A stretch of 64,000 nucleotides of DNA from Dehalococcoidia bacterium (GCA_963663235.2 CAXXNO010000012.1:64001-128000), one strand, 5' to 3'. Positions 9,378-19,329 are shown, numbered from the stretch's first letter. Notes: generated from the letters alone by a model not told the origin. Translations and numbers: made by a program.

Positions 9378-10157
9378 ATGGCGACCAACGACGCGTCCAT
9401 GCAAGACCGGGATGCGGTTTGCGCCGCCCGGTTGCTGGTCTCCGATATCGACGACACGCTGGTCGGCGATGACGCAGCCTTGGCGCGCCTGCTGACCATC
9501 GTGGACGGTAACGCCCAGCTCTATCTAGCGCTCAACTCCAGCCGGCCGCTTGCCAGTGTGCAGGGAACGCTGGCTGCCATCGCCACGCGCGTACGGGCCA
9601 TCGACCATGACGCGACGATCGGTGCGATGGGGACCGAGGTGGAACTCCGTGGAGAGCGGGACGCCGCCTGGGAGCAGCGGCTCGCTGGCTGGAAACGAGC
9701 GCCGATTGACGCCGTAATGTCCCGGCTCGGTTATCCAGCGCACAGCCCTGAGTTCCAAACACCTTACAAAGCGAGTTTCGCCGTCCCAGCGGCCGAGCGA
9801 GATCGAGTGATCGGGGAGTTGCGGAACGTCGGCGTGGAAGCGCGCTTCATCCACTCCGGCGTCTCAGATTTCGACGTGATCCCTTCCCCTGCCGGGAAGA
9901 AAGAGGCAATGACGTACGTGGCCGAGCGGCTGGGGGTCTCACCGGATTGCCTCATCGTAGCCGGGGATTCAGCGAATGACCTCGAGATGTTTCAGGCCGC
10001 GCCGCGGGGCATCGTGGTCGGCAACGCCCGCGAGGAGTTGCGGCGTGCCGTGGATCCAGAGCGGGTGTGCTTCGCTCGAGGCAGATATGCGGCGGGGATC
10101 ATCGAGGGCTTGATCTACTGGGGAGTGATTGATCAGGCCGAGCGGCGGGTCCGATAG
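9378..10157 (+). CDS. HAD-IIB phosphatase, sucrose-phosphate/mannosylfructose-phosphate phosphatase-like
   Basis: LVSDIDDTL motif I, QTPYKASF, DVIP..AGK, AGDSANDLEM, GIVVGNA, GIIEGL. Confidence 0.85.
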   Translation: MATNDASMQDRDAVCAARLLVSDIDDTLVGDDAALARLLTIVDGNAQLYLALNSSRPLASVQGTLAAIATRVRAIDHDATIGAMGTEVELRGERDAAWEQRLAGWKRAPIDAVMSRLGYPAHSPEFQTPYKASFAVPAAERDRVIGELRNVGVEARFIHSGVSDFDVIPSPAGKKEAMTYVAERLGVSPDCLIVAGDSANDLEMFQAAPRGIVVGNAREELRRAVDPERVCFARGRYAAGIIEGLIYWGVIDQAERRVR

Positions 10158-10879
10158 CGCAGGTACAACTCGCCGGTGTTGGGATTGGGGACCGCAGCCA
10201 CGAGATCGAGCCGGGTCACCGCCTCGATGGTCGGCTCTTGTGAGCCCTCGACCGCTGTCAGCCCGCGACGGCCGCTGACCACCAGCGGTGCGAGCGTGAG
10301 GAAAAACTCATCGACGAGGTCGCGGGCGAAGAGATCGCCGTTGAGTTTTGGTCCCCCCTCGACCAGCAGCACCTCAGCGCCGAGGTCCCGGCGCATGTGA
10401 CGCAGCGCGGCCGGAGCCTCCTCGCCGGCGGGCACCAGATGGACCGCCCGGCCCGTCGCCGACAGCGCCTCCCTGCGATCCGGCCCGGCAGAATCCGAGA
10501 GATAGACAACGGCGTCGAAATCCCGGCGGGTGAAGAAAGCGCTCGCCAGAGGCAGATCCCCGGATCGGCTGAGGACCGCGGCGATCGGCTGGCGCGTCTT
10601 CCCTCGCCGGAGCCGGATCGTCTCCAGGTCTTCAGCGCCGAGGCGGGAGGACGTACCACTGGCACGAAGCGTGCTCGCCCCGTTCAAGACGACGTCCGCG
10701 TTGACGCGCAGCTCACGCATCAGGCGCTGGTCGGCGCTGGAACCGAGGCCCCGCTCGGTACCTTCGATGACCACTTTGCCATCGGCCGACATCACCATAT
10801 TGATGAGGACGTAAGGACGGTCGGCCGGCGGAGAGGGGAGATCAAGGGTGGCGTAGTCGGGCTTGCCGGAAGCGACCAT
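10133..10879 (-). CDS. RibD C-terminal-domain reductase (dihydrofolate reductase family)
   Basis: RPYVLINMVMSADGK, ADVVLNGASTLR, LLVEGGPKLNG, VDEFFLTLAP. Confidence 0.9.
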   Translation of the reverse strand: MVASGKPDYATLDLPSPPADRPYVLINMVMSADGKVVIEGTERGLGSSADQRLMRELRVNADVVLNGASTLRASGTSSRLGAEDLETIRLRRGKTRQPIAAVLSRSGDLPLASAFFTRRDFDAVVYLSDSAGPDRREALSATGRAVHLVPAGEEAPAALRHMRRDLGAEVLLVEGGPKLNGDLFARDLVDEFFLTLAPLVVSGRRGLTAVEGSQEPTIEAVTRLDLVAAVPNPNTGELYLRYRTRRSA

Positions 10880-11054
10880 GCATGGCCAATCAGCGCGAGC
10901 GCGGGTGGGATCCCGGGCCGAAGTGGCGCTTCGTCGCGGAAAGAGTAGGGCACCATGCGGAGATGTGCCGCATGGTGGGATATGCTTTGCGCCGAGCGGG
11001 CCAGCGGCCAGCCCAGCAGGGCGCCGCTGCCGGCCCGCCGTGAGCGAGGGCTCC

Positions 11055-11317
11055 ATGACCTCTCCCGCACCACCGCGTCTGACTGAGCTCGCCCGTCTGG
11101 CGGGATGCGCCGCCAAAGCCGGTCCCGCCGTTTTCGATCACGCGATTGCGGAAAAGCTGGAGCACACTCTCTTCGATCCCCAGACATCGGGGGGCTGCTG
11201 TTCACCATCGATCCGGCGCGGACGGAGCAACTCGAAGACCGCTTCGCGGCAGCCGAGCTGCCGTTGTGGGCGATCGGCACCGTGACCGAAGGAACAGGCG
11301 TGACCGTTGTCGTCTGA
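11055..11317 (+). pseudogene. selD: Selenide,water dikinase pseudogene (N- and C-termini joined by an internal deletion, plus a frameshift)
   Basis: RLTELARLAGCAAKAGP (SelD N-terminal Cys/Lys motif) is fused to LFDPQTSGG/LLFTI...AIGTVTEG (SelD C-terminus). The frame changes in a G-run near 11190. Confidence 0.85.
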
Positions 11318-11329
11318 GCGTGTCGCGTC

Positions 11330-11866
11330 GTGAAACCGCGCTTCGGCATGATCCATGGCCGCTTCCAGCCGTTTCACAACGGCCACTGGGAGTATCTGCG
11401 GCTGGCCGCCGACCGGTGCGAGACCCTGATCATCGGCATCACCAACTCGGATCCCACGCAGATCGTCGAGGAACCCGCGTCCGGGCATCGGCACCTGCCG
11501 GACTCGAACCCCTTCACGTTCTTTGAGCGCCAACTGATGATCCGCGAGACGCTGCTGGACGCGAGCATCTCCCTGGACCACGTGATGTTTATCCCTTTCC
11601 CCGTCAACCTTCCCGACCGCTGGCGCTACTACGTGCCGCGGGGCGCCACGCAGTATCTGCGGGTCTTCTCACCGTGGGAGCAGGCGAAAGTCGATCGCCT
11701 GCGTGCAGCGGGCTACAGCGTCGAGGTGCTGCAACCAGGCACGGAGAAGCGAGTGGAAGCCACGGAGATCCGCCGGCGCATCGCGTGTGGTGAACCATGG
11801 GACGATCTGGTCCCGCCCGCGGTCGTCCGCGTAATCCGCGCCACGGACGAAATCCGCGGGGGTTGA
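11330..11866 (+). CDS. Cytidyltransferase-like nucleotidyltransferase (NMN adenylyltransferase, NadM-like)
   Basis: GRFQPFHNGH (HxGH), NPFTFFER, ATEIRRRI...WDDLVPPAV. Confidence 0.88.
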   Translation: MKPRFGMIHGRFQPFHNGHWEYLRLAADRCETLIIGITNSDPTQIVEEPASGHRHLPDSNPFTFFERQLMIRETLLDASISLDHVMFIPFPVNLPDRWRYYVPRGATQYLRVFSPWEQAKVDRLRAAGYSVEVLQPGTEKRVEATEIRRRIACGEPWDDLVPPAVVRVIRATDEIRGG

Positions 11867-12193
11867 GCGTGCGGCTTCTCGTCATCTTCTTCGACGGCTT
11901 GGGGGATCGCCCCGCTGTGGAGCTCGGCGCCCGAACGCCGCTTGAGGCGGCCGCCACTCCGAACCTCGACCGGCTGGCCGGCGAGGGCATCAACGGTCTG
12001 AACGACGCCAAGGCCCCCGGCTATCCGCTGGGGGCGCATTGGGCCATCTCCGTGGCGTCGACCTCATGCCCGTGCTCCTCAACGCCGCCGAGCGCACGAC
12101 CATGTATGAGAGCGGCCCACGCCGCGGCGCCGGCTGTACCGGCCTGACGCAGACGACCTGGACGCGCTAGAGAGCGAGCCCCATTCGAGATGA
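11863..12193 (+). pseudogene. ApgM-type cofactor-independent phosphoglycerate mutase pseudogene (internal deletion)
   Basis: DGLGDRP..ELGARTPLEAAATPNLDRLA.EG.NG (N-terminus) is joined out of frame to GALGHLRGVDLMPVLLNAAER (C-terminus). Confidence 0.8.
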
Positions 12194-12317
12194 GGCGCGG
12201 TTTTCGGCGGGAGGCGCCCTCAATATCCAGGCGGAGGAGCGCCCGAAGGTGACGTCCTGTACCGGTGCGAGCAATGTTGCGGCGGCGTGGAGAGCGTGGC
12301 GGCCGCTGGGAGAGCCG

Positions 12318-12680
12318 CTAGAAGAACAGGGCGATGATCGCCCACACCGATCCAGCGAGGGCCGCACCGTAGCACATCGCGGCAATGGGACGGTCGAAGC
12401 GCTTCAGTCCCAGGTCAACCAACGTGAAACGCAGTCGGTGAGCCGCATGGACGAGGACGAGGACCGCCATCCCGAAGAGCACGATCTCTACGAGGAAGTA
12501 GCCGAAGAGGTCATCCAGTCGGTTGAAGGAGACCACATCGGCCGCCAGCACAAAGCCGGTGAAGACGATAAGCACCGGGATGAGCAACGCGGCGACCATG
12601 CCGCCGGCGGCAAACAGCGACCACAGGAGCGGCTCGGTGGTGGATTTCGCCGTCGCCGATCGGTCTTGATGGTGGATCAC
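12318..12680 (-). CDS. frdD: Fumarate reductase subunit D
   Basis: EPLLWSLFAAGGMVAA, HAAHRLRFTLVDLG, CYG; position in the operon. Confidence 0.88.
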   Translation of the reverse strand: MIHHQDRSATAKSTTEPLLWSLFAAGGMVAALLIPVLIVFTGFVLAADVVSFNRLDDLFGYFLVEIVLFGMAVLVLVHAAHRLRFTLVDLGLKRFDRPIAAMCYGAALAGSVWAIIALFF

Positions 12681-12706
12681 GGTCGGACCTCTACCCGCAT
12701 TGTGCA

Positions 12707-13090
12707 TCAAGCCAAGAAAAGGGCCGCCACGCCGCCGGACAAGAGGAGCCAGACGAGAAAATGCGGTCCGGCGATGAGCGGCGCCGGCACCCGCTTCTGC
12801 CCCCGCCAGACGGCAAGGGCTTTGGGCGCCAGGAGGAACCACGTGATCGTGTGCAAGAGCGCGAACACGAAGGCGATCGCGTGGAAGGCGAGCATGCCGG
12901 GCGACTTGAGCGTATCGAGGTAGGCCGCGTAGGCGGAGGGGCCCGCGTCCACCCGCCACACGAGGACCAGCAACAGCACCACGTAGGCCCCGATGAACAC
13001 GCTGGAGATCTCGCGGAGCATGAAGGCGGTGTACGGCCGGCGACGCAGCCACCACAGCTTGGACATCGGCCGACGGTACGGCTTGCTCAT
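12707..13090 (-). CDS. frdC: Fumarate reductase subunit C
   Basis: KPYRRPM..WW....[18 protein letters not shown]. Confidence 0.9.
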   Translation of the reverse strand: MSKPYRRPMSKLWWLRRRPYTAFMLREISSVFIGAYVVLLLVLVWRVDAGPSAYAAYLDTLKSPGMLAFHAIAFVFALLHTITWFLLAPKALAVWRGQKRVPAPLIAGPHFLVWLLLSGGVAALFLA

Positions 13091-13854
13091 GCCTCGGTCT
13101 TCTGCTTTCGCCGGCCCGGGAACGGCAGCAGGAACGACTTGTACCAATCCAGCGTGCTCGCCACTTTCGCCTGCTGAATAGCGCCGGCGGGATCGACATC
13201 CTTGGGGCACACCGCGCTACATTCCCCCACGAGCGTGCAGTCCCAGATCCCTTCGTCCGAGGCGACGAGTTCCTGACGCTGGTCACGACCTTGGTCGCGC
13301 GAGTCGAGGTTGTAGCGCTGAGCCAGAGCGATGGCGGCGGGCCCGAGGAAACTCTCCTCCAGCCCGTAGACCGGGCAGGCCGCGTAGCACAGCATGCAGT
13401 TGATGCACATGCTGAACTGCTGGTAGCGCGCCACCTCCGCCGGCGTCTGCCGATAAACTCCCTCGTCCAGCGGCTTCTCAACATCCCGGATGATCCAAGG
13501 CTTGATGTCCTGAAGCTTGGACACGAAGTCGTCCAGCGCGACTATGAGATCACGCTCCACGGGGAAGTGGGCCAAAGGCTCGACCTTGATGGGGCCGGGC
13601 GCATAGTCCCGCAAGAACACGGCGCAGGTCAGCTTGGGCACCCCGTTGACCATCATGCCGCAGCTTCCGCAGACGCCCATGCGGCAGGACCAGCGATAGG
13701 AAAGCGTCCCGTCGACTTGATCTTTCAGGTAGTTGAGCGCGTCGAGGACGACCCAATCCTCTTGGAAAGGGACGTCGTAGCTCTGGAACGTCGGCTCGGA
13801 GTCACCGTCGGGGTCATACCGGGAGACTTCAAGCGTAATGGTCTCGTCTGCCAT
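13087..13854 (-). CDS. frdB: Fumarate reductase/succinate dehydrogenase Fe-S subunit
   Basis: [36 protein letters not shown]. Confidence 0.95.
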   Translation of the reverse strand: MADETITLEVSRYDPDGDSEPTFQSYDVPFQEDWVVLDALNYLKDQVDGTLSYRWSCRMGVCGSCGMMVNGVPKLTCAVFLRDYAPGPIKVEPLAHFPVERDLIVALDDFVSKLQDIKPWIIRDVEKPLDEGVYRQTPAEVARYQQFSMCINCMLCYAACPVYGLEESFLGPAAIALAQRYNLDSRDQGRDQRQELVASDEGIWDCTLVGECSAVCPKDVDPAGAIQQAKVASTLDWYKSFLLPFPGRRKQKTEA

Positions 13855-13909
13855 AGCACCTTCCGCTTCAGCGAGCGCTCATCGTCCCAAGCGCATCAGA
13901 TCGCCACCC

Positions 13910-15676
13910 TCAGTGCTCCCTACCGTAGACTCGGGCAGCGGGGGGCCATTTGGTAATCACGACATCCTGATAATCGATGCGGGGTGCAGCGTCCGTCCTG
14001 TAGGCAAGGGAATGCTTCAGGAACTGGTCGTCGTCGCGTGAGGGGTAGTCCGTGCGCTGGTGGGAGCCGCGGGACTCGGTGCGCGCGAGGGCAGAGTGCG
14101 CCAGTGCCTCGGCAATCTCGAGCATGAACTCCAGCTCCAACGCCAAGGTGAGTTCCGTGTTGAAGCTCAAGCTGGAATCGTCAAGGGCGATGTTGCGGTA
14201 GCGCGCTTTGAGATCAGCGATGATTTCGGCGGTGGCGCGGATGGAGGCGTCGGTGCGGTAGATGCCGGCGCCCGCTTCCATCGCCCTCGTAAGCTCACCA
14301 CGCAGGGTTGCGATTCGCTCGGTGCCGTCCCGCTTGTTGATGTAGTTCTTGGCGATGCGTTCCTGCTCGGCGGCCGCCTGGCTTTCCAGCGAGGCCATAT
14401 CGAAGGTGGGGTGCTCTTGAGCCCAGCGTGCCGCGTTCAGGCCGGCGCGGGCGCCGAAGACGAGCAGTTCCGTTAGCGAGTTGGAGCCGAGCCGGTTGGC
14501 GCCGTTGATGTTCACGCAAGCGCACTCGCCGGCGGCGTAGAGCCCAGGGAGCTGCGTCGCGGTGTTGATGTCGGTATCGACGCCGCCCATCATGTAATGA
14601 ACCACAGGACGGACGGGGATCGGTTCATGCACCGGATCGATCCCAGCGTAGTTCTCCGCCAGCTCGCGGACGAACGGGATCTTCTCGTTGATCTTCGTTT
14701 CGCCCAAGTGGCGGACGTCGAGGTGCACGTAGGTCCCGTACGGCCCCTCGAACACGTTCCCCTTCTCCTCTTCCTTCACGAACGCCTGCGACAAGCGGTC
14801 ACGCGGCCCCAGCTCCATGGTGCGCTTCTGGGGATGTTCGGGGTCTGCGACGTCGAGCGGCTCTCCCAGATCGTAGTCGCGCAGGTAGCGATCGCCCTGC
14901 GCATTGAGGAGGATGCCGCCTTCGCCGCGGGCGGCCTCCGTGATGAGGATGCCCGTGCCCGGCAGGCCGGTGGGATGGTACTGCACGAACTCCAGATCCT
15001 TGAGCGGGACGCCGGCGAGATAGGCCATGCCCATGCCGTCCCCGCTCTTGATGGCGGCGTTGGTGGTGAAGGGGAAGATGCGGCCACCGCCGCCGGTGCA
15101 GAGGATCACGGCCTTGGCGAAAATGGCGCGTACCTGCCCGGTGCGCATCTCGATGGCCGTGACCCCCTGACAGCGTCCGTTCTCTACGAGCAGACGAGTG
15201 GCGAACCATTCGTCGTAGCGAGCGACCTGCGTCTGCTCCAGCGAGGTCTGATACAGCGTGTGCAGCAGATGGAAGCCGGTCTTGTCCGCCGCGAACCACG
15301 TGCGCTCGATCTTCATTCCGCCGAACGGCCGCACGGCCACGGACCCGTCCGGCTCGCGGTTCCAGGGGCAGCCCCAGTGCTCCAGCTGGATCAGCTCCTT
15401 GGGGGCGGCCCGCACAAAGAGCTCCACGGCATCCTGATCCGCCAACCAGTCCGACCCCGAGATCGTGTCCTGGATGTGGTCCTCAAAAGAGTCATTGGGC
15501 TTGATCACGGCGGCGGTCCCGCCCTCGGCCGCCACGGTGTGGCTGCGCATCGGGTAGACCTTGGACACCATGGCGATGTCGAGTTCGGGATGGGCTTCGG
15601 CCGCGGCGATCACCGCACGCAACCCAGCGCCGCCGCCACCGACGATCACGACATCGTGCTGCAACGGTTCCGCCAT
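13910..15676 (-). CDS. frdA: Fumarate reductase flavoprotein subunit
   Basis: [16 protein letters not shown] (covalent-FAD His), [21 protein letters not shown]. Start chosen from GGAG RBS spacing. Confidence 0.95.
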   Translation of the reverse strand: MAEPLQHDVVIVGGGGAGLRAVIAAAEAHPELDIAMVSKVYPMRSHTVAAEGGTAAVIKPNDSFEDHIQDTISGSDWLADQDAVELFVRAAPKELIQLEHWGCPWNREPDGSVAVRPFGGMKIERTWFAADKTGFHLLHTLYQTSLEQTQVARYDEWFATRLLVENGRCQGVTAIEMRTGQVRAIFAKAVILCTGGGGRIFPFTTNAAIKSGDGMGMAYLAGVPLKDLEFVQYHPTGLPGTGILITEAARGEGGILLNAQGDRYLRDYDLGEPLDVADPEHPQKRTMELGPRDRLSQAFVKEEEKGNVFEGPYGTYVHLDVRHLGETKINEKIPFVRELAENYAGIDPVHEPIPVRPVVHYMMGGVDTDINTATQLPGLYAAGECACVNINGANRLGSNSLTELLVFGARAGLNAARWAQEHPTFDMASLESQAAAEQERIAKNYINKRDGTERIATLRGELTRAMEAGAGIYRTDASIRATAEIIADLKARYRNIALDDSSLSFNTELTLALELEFMLEIAEALAHSALARTESRGSHQRTDYPSRDDDQFLKHSLAYRTDAAPRIDYQDVVITKWPPAARVYGREH

Positions 15677-15881
15677 CGCCATACTCCAATGGCCGGCACT
15701 AACGCCGCGATGCGCGACCGGCCGCGGTTTCTCCGGCCCCGCGCGGCTGCGCCCGCCCGGCTCCAGTGAAACGAGACTCGGCGATGATCGCCGCAAGGTC
15801 AACCGCCACCCGCCGTGCCGCTGGTGCGGCGAAGAGAAGGAACGGTACGATGCATGCCGGGCGAGAAACGAGGTGCCTAGG

Positions 15882-16679
15882 GTGGCCGTTCCCGAGACGC
15901 GGGCCGAAGCGGCCGACCTCCTGGGCGTGCCACTCGACGCGCCGACCGACTTGGTCAACGATCGATACCGCGGCCTGGCGCGGATCTACCATCCGGATCT
16001 GAATCCGGACGACCCGGTTACGGGCCTGCGGATGCAGGAGCTGAACGCTGCGCGCGAGTTGCTGCTGGGAGCCCGCCATCCCGGCGACGGACCGTGGCGG
16101 GGCGAGGAAGAGAGAGGCGTACGCCCCACGCGCCCGCCCTCGCGTTCGCCCTCGCGTTCGCGAAGGGACGATGAACCGATCAAGCGGACGATGCATCAGA
16201 TGCCGTACGGCATCTACATCATCGGCTCGGCGCGGGACGGGGAGCCCAACGGCATGATCGCCGACTGGGTGATGCAGGTATCGTTCGAGCCGCGACTGGT
16301 AGCCGTTGCCTTCGAGAACGACGCCTACAGCTTGCAGAGCGTCCGCAGGAACCCGGCGTTCACCGTCAACCTCCTGGCGGAGGACGGAATGGACCTCGCG
16401 GCGCGCTTTCTGCAGCCTCGCGACGGTTCGAAGATCGGAGGGCGTAGCGCGAAGGCGGCGGCCCAAACTCATGCGAAGCTCGCCGGTGTGCCCCACCGGA
16501 CGACCGCACACGGCTGTCCGATCCTGGAGGGTGCGCTCTCGTGGCTCGATTGTGAAGTGGAGCAATTCACCCCAGCGGGCGACCACACGTTGGTGCTGGG
16601 CCACGTTGTCGACGGCGCCGTGCTGCGCAGCCTGGAGGCACTCACCTCAACACAAACCGGGTGGAGCTACAGCGGGTAA
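15882..16679 (+). CDS. J-domain (DnaJ, HPD) fused to flavin reductase-like (DIM6/NTAB) domain
   Basis: LLGV......V...[14 protein letters not shown]...[11 protein letters not shown], an R/P/S linker, then [23 protein letters not shown]...AGDHTLVLG. Confidence 0.85.
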   Translation: MAVPETRAEAADLLGVPLDAPTDLVNDRYRGLARIYHPDLNPDDPVTGLRMQELNAARELLLGARHPGDGPWRGEEERGVRPTRPPSRSPSRSRRDDEPIKRTMHQMPYGIYIIGSARDGEPNGMIADWVMQVSFEPRLVAVAFENDAYSLQSVRRNPAFTVNLLAEDGMDLAARFLQPRDGSKIGGRSAKAAAQTHAKLAGVPHRTTAHGCPILEGALSWLDCEVEQFTPAGDHTLVLGHVVDGAVLRSLEALTSTQTGWSYSG

Positions 16680-18164
16680 GTCACACTCAGAAGTATCCGT
16701 GGCTCCGGGAGCGACGACCTCCAACCGTTCTCCAGCGGCGGCGATGCGGAACGGGCCGTCGGCGTCCCTCTCCGCCTCAGGATCACCGTGGTGCGACCAA
16801 GGGCTCCCGGGTTGGGCGAGCATCTTCCGCAGTTCCGCCTCGTAGAAGAACTCGGGCTCCCCAAAGGCGGGCTGCAAGTCGTCGAGCCAGCGGGCGGTCG
16901 GGCTGTATTCCGCGAAGAACGGCCGGCCGACCCAGGCGGAATCGCGGGCTTGCACCATCCGCAGGACGAAGACTTTCTGGCCCGCGACCTCCGAAACGCC
17001 CAACACCTGCACCTTACCGGGGGTGGCGGACATGCTGGGCCCGCGGACGGTCCGGGCCACACCGCTGACCGCGCTGTAGGCATCTCGGAAGAGTTCCCAG
17101 CAGCGCTCGAGCGGCAGATCGAAGTAACGCTGCGCGCCGGTATCGCGGGCGACGAAAAGGTAGTAAGGGATGCAGCCGACCTGGGTCTGACGCCGCCACA
17201 TCTCCGCCAGCACATCAGCGTCGGCGTTGATGTGGCGCAGAAGCGGGGTCTGCGTGCGGATCTGCACACCCACACCGCGCAGTCTGGCAATGGCGTCCAG
17301 CGTCGGCGCCGGCTCCAGTTCTACGCCGTGGTTGAAGTGGGCCATGAAAGCGAGTTGCCGGCCGGAGGCTACGACCCGCGCGAAGAGATCGAGGAGCTCA
17401 TCGGCGTCATCGTGGGTCGTGAAGCGGTAGGGCCAGTAGGCCAAGGCCTTGGAGCCAATGCGAATGGTGCGCACGTTGGGGGCAGCGCCCAGCGCCAAGA
17501 AGGGCTCCAGATAGGCGCGCAGCACTCTGGTCTTCATGATCATGGGATCGCCGCCGGGGAAGAGGATGTCACTCACCTCCGGGTGCGCTTCCGCGTAGTC
17601 CCGGAGTAGCTCCGCTTCCGTCATGGCGAACTTGAGGCCGTCCATGCCCACGAACTGCGGCCAGCGAAAACAGAACGTGCAGTAGGCGTGACAGGTCTGC
17701 CCCTGGCTGAGGAAGAACAGCACCGTCTCCCGGTACTTGTGCTGCATGCCGGGCAGCGGCCGGCCGTTGAGACGGGGCACGTTGTGCTCCATCTGGCCGG
17801 CCGGGTGCGGGTTGAGCCTGAGCCGGATCTCGCCGGCCGCCGCCTTGAGCTCCGCCATCGAGGCGCCGGTCGCGAGCAGATGGGAAATGCGGTCGTAGTG
17901 GGCCGGCTCCAGCATGTCGCGCTGGGGGAAGGTGAGCCGGTAGATGGGATCGTCGGGCACGCGACTCCAGTCGATCAGGTGTTCCACGACGAAACGGTTC
18001 GACTTGAAGGGCAGGACGCGTCCCACGACGTCGATGTCCCGCCGGAACTCCGCGGGCAGCGCCCGGATTTGGGGCACCGACTCGAAATTCTTGAGGGTGA
18101 TCGCTTCGTAGCGCTCCGCCGTGGCCTGCTCAGCGCCGGACCTGGAATCAACAATCGCGACCAT
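16647..18164 (-). CDS. KamA-family radical SAM protein (lysine 2,3-aminomutase-like)
   Basis: QHKYRETVLFF, CHAYCTFCFRW (CxxxCxxC), GGDP, HFNH, PYYLF, GPSMSATPGK; GGAGGGG RBS. Confidence 0.92.
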   Translation of the reverse strand: MVAIVDSRSGAEQATAERYEAITLKNFESVPQIRALPAEFRRDIDVVGRVLPFKSNRFVVEHLIDWSRVPDDPIYRLTFPQRDMLEPAHYDRISHLLATGASMAELKAAAGEIRLRLNPHPAGQMEHNVPRLNGRPLPGMQHKYRETVLFFLSQGQTCHAYCTFCFRWPQFVGMDGLKFAMTEAELLRDYAEAHPEVSDILFPGGDPMIMKTRVLRAYLEPFLALGAAPNVRTIRIGSKALAYWPYRFTTHDDADELLDLFARVVASGRQLAFMAHFNHGVELEPAPTLDAIARLRGVGVQIRTQTPLLRHINADADVLAEMWRRQTQVGCIPYYLFVARDTGAQRYFDLPLERCWELFRDAYSAVSGVARTVRGPSMSATPGKVQVLGVSEVAGQKVFVLRMVQARDSAWVGRPFFAEYSPTARWLDDLQPAFGEPEFFYEAELRKMLAQPGSPWSHHGDPEAERDADGPFRIAAAGERLEVVAPGATDTSECDLPAVAPPGLC

Positions 18165-18277
18165 CACACCCCTCCAACCTGCGGCGCGGGCGCGCCGGAG
18201 CACTCACGGAGTCACCCTGAGCAGCCGCCAGCCGCTCGGGCAATTCCATACCGGTTATTTTAGGGGCTTCGCCCCCT

Positions 18278-18411
18278 GTTGCGCCTACGGGGTTAGCTGT
18301 CGGATTCGGCTACAGGGTCGCCTACCGGCCTCTGCGGACTGCGAGCGCCGGATTCACCCCAATCGAATGGTTCCCCCGTCCCCGCCTGCATGAGGCGGGG
18401 TTCGGCATGCA
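18278..18411 (-). promoter_or_regulatory. Cyclic di-AMP (ydaO/yuaA) riboswitch
   Basis: Minus strand reads GCCGAACCCCGCC..GGCGGGGACGGGGGAACCA..GGGTGAATC..GTAGG..CCGAATCCGACAGCTAACCCCGTAGGC, matching the ydaO consensus blocks. It is preceded by TGGTACGAT, a possible extended -10. Confidence 0.88.
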
Positions 18412-18755
18412 GCTCGATCGTACCAAATGGACGCGGCCGCCACAGTAACGGCAATTACGTGCCCTCCGGGGCCGGGTCTCCGCCCCTGCGAGCGGCGTAC
18501 CATCGAGCGTATCGGATCGTTATGTCGCTATACCATACGTAGCGGCGGTTTTTGGCTCGCAGCGGGAAAAAACCGCAGCGCCGGGCCGTCCAGATGGGGC
18601 GGGGGCCAGATCAGGCCCAAGGTGACAGAAACTGGCATGTTTCCGCCACGTTTGCGCCACGATTCCGCCACGTTCTTGCAGGCTCTTGCACGCACCCGTC
18701 GGACTGCCGTACCGGTCCGGGAGCGCTCAACTCCCACCCAAGCGGGGGCGAGAGC

Positions 18756-18780
18756 CGAACTGTTGTTCTATTATACCACA
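18756..18780 (-). promoter_or_regulatory. Extended -10 promoter (TGTGGTATAAT) abutting a LexA-type box GAAC-N4-GTTC
   Basis: Minus strand TGTGGTATAAT-AGAACAACAGTTCG. Confidence 0.6.
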
Positions 18781-18849
18781 TAATCCGATACCCGATGGGC
18801 CGCGCCGAGCGCCCGGGAATCGCCGGGCGGGGGTCCGCCTTGCAACCCG

Positions 18850-19167
18850 CTACGGCTCGAGCTTCTCGCCCCAGTGCACCCGAACGGAGTCCGGATCGGC
18901 GAGACGCATGAACCCCTCGTATGCCGGCTTCACTTCCGGAAGGTCGTTGACCTTGAGCCAGGCCTCCCAGCTTTCGACCTCGATGTCTTCGATGATCGTG
19001 AAGTCAGGCTCGCCCTTGCCGGCGCCGCGCACCTCGAAGATCTCGTAGCGGAGCACGCCGGGGGCCGCGCCGGCGTGCGGTTGATCCACTTCGCGGGACC
19101 ACTTGCGGTACTCCTCCATCGTGGTGGCCGGCTTGAGGTTGTACGAGATGAAGACCCGAACGGACAT
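18850..19167 (-). CDS. EthD/HapK-like dimeric alpha-beta barrel protein
   Basis: YNLKP....EEYRKWSREVDQP......GVLRYEIFEV; AGGAGAG RBS. Confidence 0.75.
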   Translation of the reverse strand: MSVRVFISYNLKPATTMEEYRKWSREVDQPHAGAAPGVLRYEIFEVRGAGKGEPDFTIIEDIEVESWEAWLKVNDLPEVKPAYEGFMRLADPDSVRVHWGEKLEP

Positions 19168-19329
19168 GGCATGCTCTCCTTTGTTGCATGGAGCCTGGCG
19201 TTGCATGGAGCCTGGACCCGGACCGTGAGAGGGCGAGTCGCGCGATAGTCTAGTCGTCGCGCCGGGCGCTGCGAAGCCCTTCCGTCGGCGGGGTGCGTCC
19301 CTGACGCGGGGAACATAGGCTGGTATCGG

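Noticed and set aside
11100-11120. Possible selenocysteine (UGA) recoding in selD
   Set aside because: The active-site codon is TGC (Cys), and the gene is disrupted anyway.
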